From Basidiobolus meristosporus CBS 931.73 (taxonomy: Eukaryota > Fungi > Basidiobolomycota), in NCBI GenBank assembly GCA_002104905.1, contig MCFE01000385.1:1-64000 (forward strand): 64,000 nucleotides of DNA. Direction: 5' to 3'. This document shows, piece after piece, positions 51,275-62,009 of the stretch. The notes beneath the pieces were generated by a model that had not been told where the DNA came from, searched no databases, and saw only the letters and a list, made by a program, of their open reading frames with translations. Made by a program: the position numbers and the translations under genes. How positions within the stretch are numbered: position 1 is the first letter of the stretch; each line of letters begins with the position of its first letter.

Positions 51275-53233
51275 ATGCAAAACAAAGTCATTGTCGTCGG
51301 AGGAGGTCTATCAGGACTTTCAGCCGCCCACACCGTCTACGAGGCTGGCGGCAATGTGATGGTGATTGACAAAAGCTCCTTCTTTGGTGGCAACTCCACC
51401 AAAGCCACCTCAGGCATCAACGGAGCCCTAACCAAAACCCAAAAAGAACTCGGAATCAAGGTGTGCCAGCCTATCTTCTCTCCCCCATATTAGTTGATGC
51501 TAATCCAGTTCAACTGTCTGCAGGATAGTGTTCAGGCGTTCTACGACGACACGGCCAAGTCGGCCAGAGATCTGATTCGCCCTGAGCTTGTCAAAGTTCT
51601 GACTGGCAATAGTGCATCGGCGGTTGAATGGCTTCAATCTCGCTTTAACTTGGACCTCTCCTTGGTCGCTCGTCTTGGTGGGCATTCCTTCCCACGTACC
51701 CACAGAGGCAAGGAACGCTTCCCGGGTATGACCATCACTTACGCATTGATGGAGAAGTTGGAGGAGCTTGCCCGTCAAGAGCCACACCGCGTCCAATGCG
51801 TCACCAAGGCTCAAGTCACACGTCTTCTCAAAGACGACAAGGGGAATGTGACGGGAGTCGAGTACAAAAACAAATCCGGTGAAACGTTCTGCGAGTACGG
51901 GCCAGTCGTTCTTGCCACTGGCGGTTACGCGGCTGATTTCACACAGAACTCGTTGATCAAGAAGTATCGCCCAGAATTCATCGACCTCCCAACCACCAAT
52001 GGCGAGTACTCCACTGGTGATGGCCATAAGATGGTCATGGATATCGGTGGAAACACCGTCGATCTGGAAAAGATCCAGGTCCACCCCACCGGTCTGGTCG
52101 ACCCCAAGGAGCCAGATGCCAAAGTGAAGTTCCTGGCTGCCGAGGCCCTTCGCGGTGTTGGTGGCATTCTGGTCAATGCCGAGGGCAAGCGTTTCTGCGA
52201 CGAGCTTGGACATCGGGATTACGTTACCGGGGAGATGTGGAAATCGAAGTTCCCCATTCGACTGGTTCTCAATCAAGCAGCCTCCAAGGAAATCGAGTGG
52301 CACTGCAAGCATTACGTCGGTCGCGGGCTGATGAAGAAGTTCAAGAACGGCCAGGAGTTGGCCCGGGAGATTGGCTGTTCCCCCGAGGCCCTGGCCCAAA
52401 CCTTCAGCGACTACAATGGGTTCGCCAAGAATAAGAACGATCCCTACGGCAAGAAGTTCTTCCACAACGTGCCAATCGATATGAACGAAGAGTTCCATGT
52501 GGCCTTGATGACCCCAGTACTTCATTACACAATGGGCGGGGTTGAGATAGATCCCGAATCCAGCGTTAAAGGTCCCCAGGGCAAAATCCCTGGACTGTTC
52601 GCATGCGGTGAGTTGGCTGGTGGTGTGCATGGTGCCAATCGTCTGGGCGGCAGCTCGCTTCTGGGATGCGTTGTGTTTGGACGAGTTGCTGGAAATAGTG
52701 CTGCGAGCTATCTCTCGAACAACCCACATGGCAACGAGCTTGCAACTAGACGCTTGATAAACATTGCTGGCCATTTGGGAACTCAAATTGCCATCAACCT
52801 GGTTCCTGAACAAAACCGTCTCCAGCTAGACATTACCTGGAACGGCCAAGGCTTGGATGCTGCGCAAACTAGCTCTCCCTCTCCCTCTCCCTCTCCCTCT
52901 CCCTCTCACTCATCACCCGCCAGTGAACCTCCTGCTACCCAAGCTAGTAAGCAGCCGGAGCCGAAGGAGAAGGTGTACAAGATGGAGGATGTAGCGAAAC
53001 ATAATTCCAAAGACGACTGCTGGGTTGTAGTGAATGGGCAAGTCCTAGATGTCACCAACTTCTTGGCTGATCACCCTGGAGGCGCCAAAGCAATCCTTCT
53101 GTTCGCCGGAAGAGATGCAACTGAGGAATTCAACATGCTTCATAAGCCGGACGTTGTCGAGAAGTATTCTCCCGAGAGCATTATTGGTGTGTTGGCTGGT
53201 GACTCCGACGAGGCGAGAAAGAGCAAGCAGTAG
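51275..53233 (+). CDS. OSM1: Soluble FAD-dependent fumarate reductase (Osm1/Frd1 family) fused to a C-terminal cytochrome b5 domain
   Basis: Exon 1 51275-51460 (VIVVGGGLSGLSAA, GGNSTKATSGIN), intron 51461-51523, exon 2 with LGGHSFPRTH, QVHPTG, AEALRGVGG, HYTMGG, GGVHGANRLGGSSL, then HNSKDDCWVVVNGQVLDVTNFLADHPGG (b5). Confidence 0.94.
52874..52906 (+). repeat. (TCTCCC)n hexamer repeat encoding an (SP)n linker
   Basis: About 5.5 tandem TCTCCC units between the reductase and b5 domains. Confidence 0.85.
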
Positions 53234-53399
53234 CAGTGGTAATTCCTCATCAAACCCAACCTAATCTGTACCATTCTCATTGGCAATCTAAACAATAAAT
53301 CGTCCAAGACCGACATTCCCTGCCTTTTCATATGCTCGCAATCGTACGAGATCCTCAGTTCCGCCAAACACTGGCCTCGAGATACCAGCATGGCCATTC

Positions 53400-54520
53400 A
53401 CCAAATCTCGATGTAGACGTCCTTAGCGCCGCAAGTTCCAACGCGACTGGTGAGTCGTGTAAAGAACCAATTCTGAAGTTAACATACCAAAGTATTTGTA
53501 TGTACCAACAGCATAACGAGCCCATAGAGATTATGAAAGAGCCTAGCTCCCTGGAGTACTCCTTCTTGCAAAGTATGGATTGCGTATATAGCAATGGTAT
53601 CATCGCATTGTGGGATTGGGGTCGATTGACTTCGAATTTATTTCGGACCACATTCAACAAAATACCAGTTGTATCCATAATTACAATGATCATCATCCAT
53701 ACTAACACAACTGCATCAACTCTGTAAGGTGAAACCCAAAAATATTTGTATACAACATATTTCCATATAGCCAACAACATTCCTCTTGCCATTCAATTCC
53801 CATATCCTGGTCCTCTTGTACTATCTGTATTGTAAAGTTGACTTCACACTCTGTTCAAGTAGTGTCTGTCACATATAACTGGATTATGATTTGAATTCCA
53901 CAAAACTACAGCTTTTGGTGGATTTGTATTTTAGAATCTTTTAATATCATTTCCATCAAGATTTAATCTCTCTACATTATGTAAACACTGGAAGCTACCA
54001 AACTTCAACATTCCAAAGGTCTTAATTATTGCACACAACTCCCTGGACACTCTCGAAATTCCAGATGGTTATTCTTGAATGTAAGCATTTTCTCATAGCC
54101 CAATATGATGACAAGCAAATCCTTCATTTGGTTGAGCATTTGGATGACTTCAAAGGTTTTCTCCAAAATGTTGGATACCCAGTGTTGCATGAATTTTGAA
54201 GAAACTGGACATGATTAGACAAAATTGAAAACATTGTGGCATGGCAAGACATGTGTGTACCCCATGAAAAATCTCAAACTTGGAACTCATTGAATTACTA
54301 ACTGGTATTCTAGTGGTTTTTGCTGGTATTCAGTTGGTGTTTCTGCATCCAACTTTCAGTTGCACCTTTTGGAGGAAGCTATGAGTAAACAATTGCCAAT
54401 TTGGTATGACTGCTAGTTGGCCTAGTCTCCATCTGAAAAGGATGTCTGCTAGTCTGCTGTCAACCAAGTACCTGAGATAATGAGAGTTGCCACTTTTGGG
54501 AAAGTTGGAATTTAGCTGAT
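53400..54520 (-). mobile_element. Heavily decayed Ty1/copia integrase fragment, second family
   Basis: Frameshifted remnants CNTGIQH, AYIQE*P...RELCAII...LKFG and PKAVVL in copia integrase order; many stops; near-absence of CpG. Confidence 0.55.
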
Positions 54521-54601
54521 ATTTATTGTAAAAAATTGCAATTTCACCTAGATATTCATCTGACTTGGTCACTTAGATCACTATCTACAAGTCTTAGAGA
54601 A

Positions 54602-54949
54602 TATTGTAAGAGTCTTCAAGATATGCAAGCAATTGCAAGAACAAATAGATTATGTGGGTTGCACTTTATGATTTATTGAATGTAAGGGTAGTATTCATAC
54701 TTTTACATAATGTTGGCATAGCAGACATGTACAGTATGCTTAGAAAGCTCCAAAGATCATATGTGCAAAGTTTGGGGCTATTTCAACAACTTTGGGAATC
54801 TTCATGTTCTGTGTACCTGATGTTTTGGTGAAAATAATCTAAGTAAATCCCAACAAGGAATTTGGTCATTAATAACTAAAGTTTGTAGGTAATGACAATG
54901 TGACTAAGATAGGTAAGTATTTTGGTGGAATTATGAATTTTTTGCAACA
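54602..54949 (-). mobile_element. Solo LTR of the same family, inserted antisense inside the old element's 5' LTR
   Basis: 348-bp diverged copy of the young LTR (tattgtaagagtc...tttgcaaca), flanked by GAGAA/GAAAA. GAGAA is the uninterrupted LTR sequence at that point, so this is a 5-bp TSD with one mismatch. Confidence 0.85.
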
Positions 54950-56151
54950 GAAAATACTGACCAAATTTCTTGACAGGATTTAATAGGACATTTTCACCAA
55001 AATATCAGGTACCCCATACATGAGAATTCTCAAAGTAGCTCAAACAGCCCCAAATCTTGCACAAATGCTCATGGGACACCACTAAACATATAATACATAA
55101 TGATATGCTAGCTTCACTTGCTATATCACCAAGACTCCTACAACAGCTAATGAGCCCCAAGCTGTCACTCTCAGAAATATCAGCTACTGCTACTACTGGA
55201 ATATATATCTCTGCTGTGAAGGTGGATGGATCCAACTACCAAGTCAGGAAGGCAAGGATGGAAATGCTGCTACAGGAAAGTGACCTCTGGGATATTGTGA
55301 TGGGAGAGCAATGTCATCCTATAAATGTAGGAGAGGAGCCTCAAGGTGCCAGAAGAAAGAACAAAGTGCCTTCAACTGCATTTGCCTCAAAGTCAACAAG
55401 AAGTTGCCAATTCAATGCTCAAGAGAAAAAATAGCCAAGAATACCTGGAAGACACTAGAATATACCTATTAGCCATGTTCCACTGCTAAGAAATGTCTTT
55501 AAGAAAAGGATTCTCTACTACAAAGATACTGTCAGGAGAACAAATGAAAAATCTAATTAACAGATTTACCCTGATGGTTGATGAGATGGAATAAATGGGT
55601 GTACCAAATGCCAATGAATATGTGATAGTTACAATCCTGAATAGCCCAAGAACCAAACTTCAGGGCCATGTACCAGCCCTAGAGTCTAGAACCATAGATA
55701 TGACCTTAAATTACATATATGGAAGGCTCCTAATTGAAAAATCAAGAAAATCAAGCATCAATAAGAAGGAAGAAGAAAATACTTTGACCAACATTGATAA
55801 CCAACAACAGGGGTACTCAAGGCCTTTTAAAGGCAACTGTAACATCTTGTGCAGCTACTACAGAATGAAAGGACATGCCCAGACCAGAACTTCAGAAAGA
55901 GAGATAACCAGCAGAAAATGCTTAAATATGGAAATGTAGCACTAACAGAAGATAGATTACTCATATCTGTACTAAATATCATCAGAGACAAGGATTCTCT
56001 GAAATGGTACATTGACTCTGGAGCATCTTGACAATTTACACACCAAAAAGTACTTTTCACCCAATATCAAGAAACTTTAATCAAGAAGGCTTTCACAAGT
56101 GACAATAGAACACTTGAAGCAGTTGGAGAGGAAACTATCCAAATTAACCTA

Positions 56152-56560
56152 TGCATAGTTGCTGCTACTTTTGCCATGAACACATCCTTAATATCCACAT
56201 TAAGCTTTTTGGTACTTGGGCAATAGACTTGTTCCATTGGATTGTTCCACATTGAGCCATGGGTGCCAAGTAGTGTCAAAGTGTGCCAGAGAGGTATAAC
56301 AGACCTATACTTGTTCACAGAATGTAAAGAATGGCACTACAGCTACATGCAAAGCAGCTGCTGTGCTTCACTTGCTGAGCTAGAGAAAATACACTATTTA
56401 ACCTTTTTTCTGGGTGTAATGATGTGCATGATGTGTAAGGGCACACAAAGCTTAGAGATATGCATTTGGTACTCAATATCCATGGCACTCTAAGTATAGC
56501 TGCTGAGACTCGTAACATTTCACAAAGATGTAGAGCACTATCTTGATCCACAAGTGTTTT
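56152..56560 (-). mobile_element. About 400-bp foreign segment inside the old element, probably a protease/GAG-pre-integrase fragment of another copia
   Basis: Homology to the young element stops at ~56150 and resumes ~56600. The minus strand shows VDQDSALHLC (DSGA-like), LWH...LG and GCVHGK remnants. Confidence 0.4.
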
Positions 56561-56737
56561 CTATCACTATAAGTGATCTGTATCAGTTTTGCTTTACAAA
56601 TCATACTTAGCCTCAGAGGTGACAGTTCTGGATGTGGGATCACTGATCAAAATAGTGCCCATATTACTTTGGGTATTAAAGATCAGAATCTATAAAAGTT
56701 GACTTATATTCTATTATATCTGGAAGTCCGTTTATGT

Positions 56738-57087
56738 TGTTGTAAGAGTCTTGGAGATATTGGAAGTGATTTGGAGAACAAGTAGATTATGTGGTTTTCA
56801 CTTAATGATTTATTGAATGTAAAAGTAGTATTTATACTTTTACATGGTCTTGGCATTACAAACACGTAGAATAGATTAAGGAAGGTCCCAAGAACATGTG
56901 TGCAAAGTTTGGGGCTGTTTGGACAACTTTGAGAATTTTCATGTTCTGGGTACCTGGTATTTTGGTGAAAATATTCTAAGTAAATCCCGACAAGGAATTT
57001 GGTCAGTATTCTCTAGGATTTGAAGATGATGATCTAAGTGACTAAGTTAGGTGAATATTTAGGTGGAAAATACGAATTTTTACAACA
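56738..57087 (-). repeat. 3' LTR of the intact copia element
   Basis: tgttgtaagagtc...tttttacaaca; no difference from 61075-61424 found on reading. Confidence 0.97.
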
Positions 57088-57098
57088 CTCCCACTCAG
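57088..57098 (-). promoter_or_regulatory. Polypurine tract
   Basis: Minus strand CTGAGTGGGAG between the pol stop (57099) and the 3' LTR. Confidence 0.85.
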
Positions 57099-60000
57099 CT
57101 AAATGTTCATACTGACTAGTCCTAATTTTGACCTAAGATATTCAAACTTGTCTCTAGCTAATGGTTTGGTAAATATGTCTGCAATCATTTCATCTGTAGG
57201 ACAGTAAACTAAGCTAACTAAGTTATTCTCTATAGCTTCACGTATGAAATGATGTCTAATATCTATGTGCTTGGTTCTAGCATGAAAAGTTGGATTTCTA
57301 CCTAATTGTATACATCCTTGATTATCTTGAAATAAAGTAATAGGCGTTTTTTGACATAGGCCTAAATCTGTAAAGAGCTTTCTTAACCACATTGCTTCTT
57401 TTGTAGCTTCACAGGCTGCCATATACTCTGCCTCTGTAGTAGAAAGTGCTACGGTTGGTTGCTTTCTTGAATTCCATGAAATGGCTCCTTTACAGTAAAG
57501 AAAGGTGTATCCTGTGGTGGATCTTCTGTCTTCTAAATTTCGTCCCCAATCAGCATCAGAGTATCCCACAAGATCCTGTTCTGAATCCTTATAAGTGTAT
57601 CTTAAACAGATATCAGCAGTTCCTTTTAGGTATCTAAAAATCCGCTTAACTGCTGCAATATGATCAGATCCATAATTCTGATTATGTTGGCTGACAACTC
57701 CCACTGAATATGAGATATCTGGACGTGTTCCAAGCATGATATACATCAGACTGCCGACCATAGATTGATAAGGAAAGTCAGGGCTTTCAGATGGCACCAA
57801 GCTCTCTTGATTTGGTTGAGTTTTGACCAAGTGAAGGTTTGTCTCCATTGGGGTAGCTGCCGGTTTGCAGTCTTCCATTTTGTACTTCTTTAGTATATCT
57901 TGAATATACTTGGATTGGCTTAGGGTAATAGTCTGGGTACTTCTGTCTATGGAGAACTTAATCCCTAAGTAGTAACTAAGTTCTCCTAGATCGGACATCT
58001 TGAACTCCTTAGATAGGCTGGATTTAGTCTCTTCCAATGTTTCTAGGTTATTGGCGGCTATAATAAGATCATCCACATATAGAGCTAATAGAACTGGATT
58101 TGCTCTATCTGGCTTATAGTATATACTATAGTCAGCATTACTCCTTTTGAAACTCAAAGATTCCAAATAAGAATCTATCTTGCAATTCCAGGCTCTTGGT
58201 GATTGTTTGAGACCATATAGTGACTTTTTAAGCTTGCAGACCAAATGGGGGTTATCTTGGTCAACAAACCCATCAGGCTGGTCCATATACACGTCCTCAT
58301 CAAGTTCTCCATTCAAAAATGCAGTTTTTACATCCATTTGATGAATAAAAAACTTATATTTGGCTGCAATAGCCAATATTAATCTGATGGAATTAAACTT
58401 GGCTACCGGTGCAAAGGTCTCAGTATAGTCAAGTCCTTTTGTTTGAGAGTATCCTTTGGCTACAAGTCTTGCTTTGTATCTTTCAATTGTACCATCAGCC
58501 TTGTATTTTGTCTTGAAGACCCATCTGCATCCAATTGATTTTCGGTTGATTGGTAATTTGACTAAGTCCCAAGTTTGATTTTCCATCAGTGCCTGATATT
58601 CCTCAGTCATTGCAGATCTCCAAAACTTCGTCTGAGGACTATTTAGGGCCTCTTTTACAGTCTGGGGTTCATCAACATGGACTGAATAGGCATAGGCTAA
58701 GTTTGTACCCTCATTGATATAGTAATTTGGGCTATTTCTTGTCCGATTGGATCTCCGGGCATTTGATACTGGAATGATCACTTCTGGGATATTCCTGGGC
58801 ACTGATTCTGGCTGAACCACGGTTGTAGAGTCCTCTGGAGTGAAAAAATTTTCATTGTTTTGCTCTGATTCAATCCTGACAATTGGTGGACTTGAGATCA
58901 AATTTTCGTCATCATCTGATGTCATTTTTTGTGAAAATTTTGAATTTTCATTAAACAACACATCCCTGGACTTGATCAGCTTCTTTGCTTCGGTATTGTA
59001 GAGTCTGTATGCCTTACTCTCATTGCAGTAGCCCAAAAATATGCATTTTACACTTTTTGGCTCAAATTTTGACTGATTTCCGGCCAGTTTTTTGGCATAT
59101 GCTGTACACCCAAATATTCTTAGATGTTCTGCACTTGGTCTGTATCCATACCATGCTTCAAATGGAGTAGAATCACGAAGTATTCTGTTATAACTCCTAT
59201 TTTTAAGATATACAGCAGTGGCAACTGATTCCGCCCAAAAATCATAGGATAATTTTTGATCATGGATCATAGATCTTGCCATATCAATTATTGATCTGTT
59301 AGCTCGTTCTGCTACTCCATTTTGCTGTGGGGAGTATGGTACAGTAGTCTCTTGCTTTATCCCATGAATTTTGCAGAAGTGGATGAAGAGTTTTGAGGTA
59401 TATTCTCCACCATTGTCAGAGCGTATTTTCTTGATTTTTTCACCAGTTTCTCTCTCCACCATGGCTTTGAACTCCCTGAGCTTAGACAGAGCTTCTTCCT
59501 TTCTCTCCATGAAGTAGACCCATGTGTATCTTGTATAATCATCAATAAAAGTGATTAAATACTTCATCCCGCCTAAGGATAAATTTTGCATAGGTCCACA
59601 CAGATCTGAGTGAATTAGATCTAATTTTTTCTTAGTTTTGATTAACCCAGAGCTCTTGAACGGTTGTCTGGCTTGTTTCCCATATATGCAGGCTTCACAG
59701 TGCTCCAAAATAGCTGGGGGATCAATTTTCACTCCAGAAATTAGCTGATCTTTGATCATTTTACGCAAATAATCAAAATTGATGTGTCCAAATCTCCTGT
59801 GCCAAAGCATTGGTGTTTCTTCATTTAAGTTACTTATATTGGCTTCCAGATATGATGGAATATAAGTCAACTTGTATAGATTCTGATCTCTGATGCCCGA
59901 AGCAATATGGGCACCATTTTGATCAGTGATCCTGCATCCAGAATTGTCAAAACTGAAACTGAGTCCTTCTGCTGTGGCCTTGCTTACAGAGAGTAGGTTC

Positions 60001-61070
60001 TTGGCTATTTCTGGTACATAGAGTACTTCTTTAAAGGTCAGTGTATGGCTTCCTTCACTGCTTCTAAGGTTTACTTGGATAGTTCCTTCTCCCACTGCAT
60101 CAAGTGTTCTATCGTCACCCATGAAAACCTTCTTAATTGGAATTTCTTGATATTGGGTAAAAAGTTCTTTTTGGTGTGTAAAGTGTTGAGAAGCTCCAGA
60201 GTCAATATACCACGTCTGAGAATCCTTGTTTGTGGTCATATTTAGTGCAGATATGAATAGTCTATCTTCAGTTGTTGCAGCATTTCCATATTCAGGCTTC
60301 TTTTGCTGATAATCTCTCTTTTTGAAACACCGGTCTGATGTGTGTCCTTTCCTTTTGCAGTAGTTGCAAAATAGGTTGCTGTTGCCTTTGTAGGGTCTTG
60401 GGTACCTCCTTTGTTGGTTATCATTGCTTATTAAAGCATTTTCTTCTTCCTTCTCATTGGCGCTTGATTTTCTTAATTCTTCATCCAGGAGCCTTCCATA
60501 TACGTAATTTAAGGTCAAATCTTCAGTTCTGGACTCTAGGGCTGATACAAGGCCCTGAAACTCGTCTGTCAGGCTATTCAGGATGGTAACTATCACATCC
60601 TCATCAGTAGTTGGTACGCCCACAGATTCCATCTCATCTACCAGCAGGGTAATTCTGTTAATTAGATTTTTCATTTCTTCTCCTGGCAGCATCTTTGTAG
60701 TAAAGAATTTTCTTCTCAGATACATTTTCTTGGCAGCTGAACATGACTGGTAGGTGTCTTCTAATGCTTTCCAGGCATTCTTTGCCGTTTTTGCTCTTGA
60801 GCATTGAATTAGCAATTTGTCCTTGACATTAAGGCAAATGCAGTTAAAGGCACTTTGTTCTTTCTTCTGGTACTTCAAGGCTTCCTCTCCCACGTTTTTA
60901 GGAGGGCATTCTTCTCCCATGACAATATCCCAAAGGCCTCTTTCTTGTAGCAGCATCTTCATCTTCACCTTCCACACTTGGTAGTTAGATCCATCCAACT
61001 TTTCAGCAGAGGGAAAAATTCCAGTAATAGCAGTAGTAGACATTGCAGAGAGTGACAGCTCGGGGCTCAT
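57099..61070 (-). CDS. Copia Gag-Pol polyprotein (gag, CCHC knuckle, protease, GAG-pre-integrase, integrase, RT, RNase H)
   Basis: CNYCKRKGHTSDRC, WYIDSGAS, LWHRRFGH...CEAC, HSDLCG...SDNGGEY...PQQNGVAER, MDVKTAFLNG, LYVDD, YSDADW...TKHIDIRHHF. Start is uncertain: in-frame ATGs at 61193, 61070 and 61043. Confidence 0.96.
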   Translation of the reverse strand: MSPELSLSAMSTTAITGIFPSAEKLDGSNYQVWKVKMKMLLQERGLWDIVMGEECPPKNVGEEALKYQKKEQSAFNCICLNVKDKLLIQCSRAKTAKNAWKALEDTYQSCSAAKKMYLRRKFFTTKMLPGEEMKNLINRITLLVDEMESVGVPTTDEDVIVTILNSLTDEFQGLVSALESRTEDLTLNYVYGRLLDEELRKSSANEKEEENALISNDNQQRRYPRPYKGNSNLFCNYCKRKGHTSDRCFKKRDYQQKKPEYGNAATTEDRLFISALNMTTNKDSQTWYIDSGASQHFTHQKELFTQYQEIPIKKVFMGDDRTLDAVGEGTIQVNLRSSEGSHTLTFKEVLYVPEIAKNLLSVSKATAEGLSFSFDNSGCRITDQNGAHIASGIRDQNLYKLTYIPSYLEANISNLNEETPMLWHRRFGHINFDYLRKMIKDQLISGVKIDPPAILEHCEACIYGKQARQPFKSSGLIKTKKKLDLIHSDLCGPMQNLSLGGMKYLITFIDDYTRYTWVYFMERKEEALSKLREFKAMVERETGEKIKKIRSDNGGEYTSKLFIHFCKIHGIKQETTVPYSPQQNGVAERANRSIIDMARSMIHDQKLSYDFWAESVATAVYLKNRSYNRILRDSTPFEAWYGYRPSAEHLRIFGCTAYAKKLAGNQSKFEPKSVKCIFLGYCNESKAYRLYNTEAKKLIKSRDVLFNENSKFSQKMTSDDDENLISSPPIVRIESEQNNENFFTPEDSTTVVQPESVPRNIPEVIIPVSNARRSNRTRNSPNYYINEGTNLAYAYSVHVDEPQTVKEALNSPQTKFWRSAMTEEYQALMENQTWDLVKLPINRKSIGCRWVFKTKYKADGTIERYKARLVAKGYSQTKGLDYTETFAPVAKFNSIRLILAIAAKYKFFIHQMDVKTAFLNGELDEDVYMDQPDGFVDQDNPHLVCKLKKSLYGLKQSPRAWNCKIDSYLESLSFKRSNADYSIYYKPDRANPVLLALYVDDLIIAANNLETLEETKSSLSKEFKMSDLGELSYYLGIKFSIDRSTQTITLSQSKYIQDILKKYKMEDCKPAATPMETNLHLVKTQPNQESLVPSESPDFPYQSMVGSLMYIMLGTRPDISYSVGVVSQHNQNYGSDHIAAVKRIFRYLKGTADICLRYTYKDSEQDLVGYSDADWGRNLEDRRSTTGYTFLYCKGAISWNSRKQPTVALSTTEAEYMAACEATKEAMWLRKLFTDLGLCQKTPITLFQDNQGCIQLGRNPTFHARTKHIDIRHHFIREAIENNLVSLVYCPTDEMIADIFTKPLARDKFEYLRSKLGLVSMNI

Positions 61071-61074
61071 AACC
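61061..61074 (-). promoter_or_regulatory. Primer-binding site complementary to the anticodon arm of initiator tRNA-Met
   Basis: GGTTATGAGCCCCG directly after the 5' LTR; complementary to GGGCUCAUAACC, the tRNAiMet anticodon stem-loop sequence used by yeast Ty5. Confidence 0.88.
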
Positions 61075-61424
61075 TGTTGTAAGAGTCTTGGAGATATTGG
61101 AAGTGATTTGGAGAACAAGTAGATTATGTGGTTTTCACTTAATGATTTATTGAATGTAAAAGTAGTATTTATACTTTTACATGGTCTTGGCATTACAAAC
61201 ACGTAGAATAGATTAAGGAAGGTCCCAAGAACATGTGTGCAAAGTTTGGGGCTGTTTGGACAACTTTGAGAATTTTCATGTTCTGGGTACCTGGTATTTT
61301 GGTGAAAATATTCTAAGTAAATCCCGACAAGGAATTTGGTCAGTATTCTCTAGGATTTGAAGATGATGATCTAAGTGACTAAGTTAGGTGAATATTTAGG
61401 TGGAAAATACGAATTTTTACAACA
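61075..61424 (-). repeat. 5' LTR of the intact copia element
   Basis: 350 bp, TG...CA ends, followed on the minus strand by the PBS. Confidence 0.97.
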
Positions 61425-62009
61425 TATGTAACTTACATGAAGAAACACCAATGCTCTGGGACAGGAGGTTTGGACAAATCAATTTTAATTATTTGAGCAA
61501 AATAATCAATGATCAGCTAGTTTCTGGAATAAAAATTGATCTCTCAGCAAGTTTAGTCCACTGGGAAGCCTTCATATTCAGGAAACAAGCCAGACAGCTG
61601 TTCAAGAGCTCTGGATTGAACAAAACCAAGAAATAATTAGAAGTAATACACTCAGATCTGTATGGCCCAAAGCAAAATTTATCCTTAGGCCAAATAGCAT
61701 ATATGATCACATTAATTGATGATTATGCAAGGTGCATGTGGATCCACTTCATGGGAAGAAAATAAGAAGCTCTGTCTAAGTTCAGGGAGCTTGAAGCCAT
61801 GGTCAAGAGAGAAACTGGTGAAAAAATCAAGAAACTACTATCAGCCCATAACTTGCAATAAACCTCAAAGCTCTTTGTCCACTTCTACAAAATTCATGGG
61901 ATAAAGCAAGAGACTAGAGTATTGTACTCCCCAGAGAAAAACAGAGTGGCAGATTGTGTAACAGATCAATTATTGATATGACAAAATATATGATGTGTGA
62001 TTGAAGAAT

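Larger units (their letters stand above)
56738..61424 (-). mobile_element. Intact full-length Ty1/copia LTR retrotransposon
   Basis: Two 350-bp LTRs (TG...CA) at 56738-57087 and 61075-61424, TSD TATGT at 56733-56737 and 61425-61429, PBS, PPT and one uninterrupted gag-pol ORF. Confidence 0.98.

Noticed and set aside
51500-52813. 437-aa antisense ORF
   Set aside because: Shadow frame of the strongly codon-biased fumarate reductase gene.
53355-53792. 145-aa hydrophobic minus-strand ORF
   Set aside because: Lies at the decayed edge of the copia integrase remnant; more likely a chance frame in TE debris.
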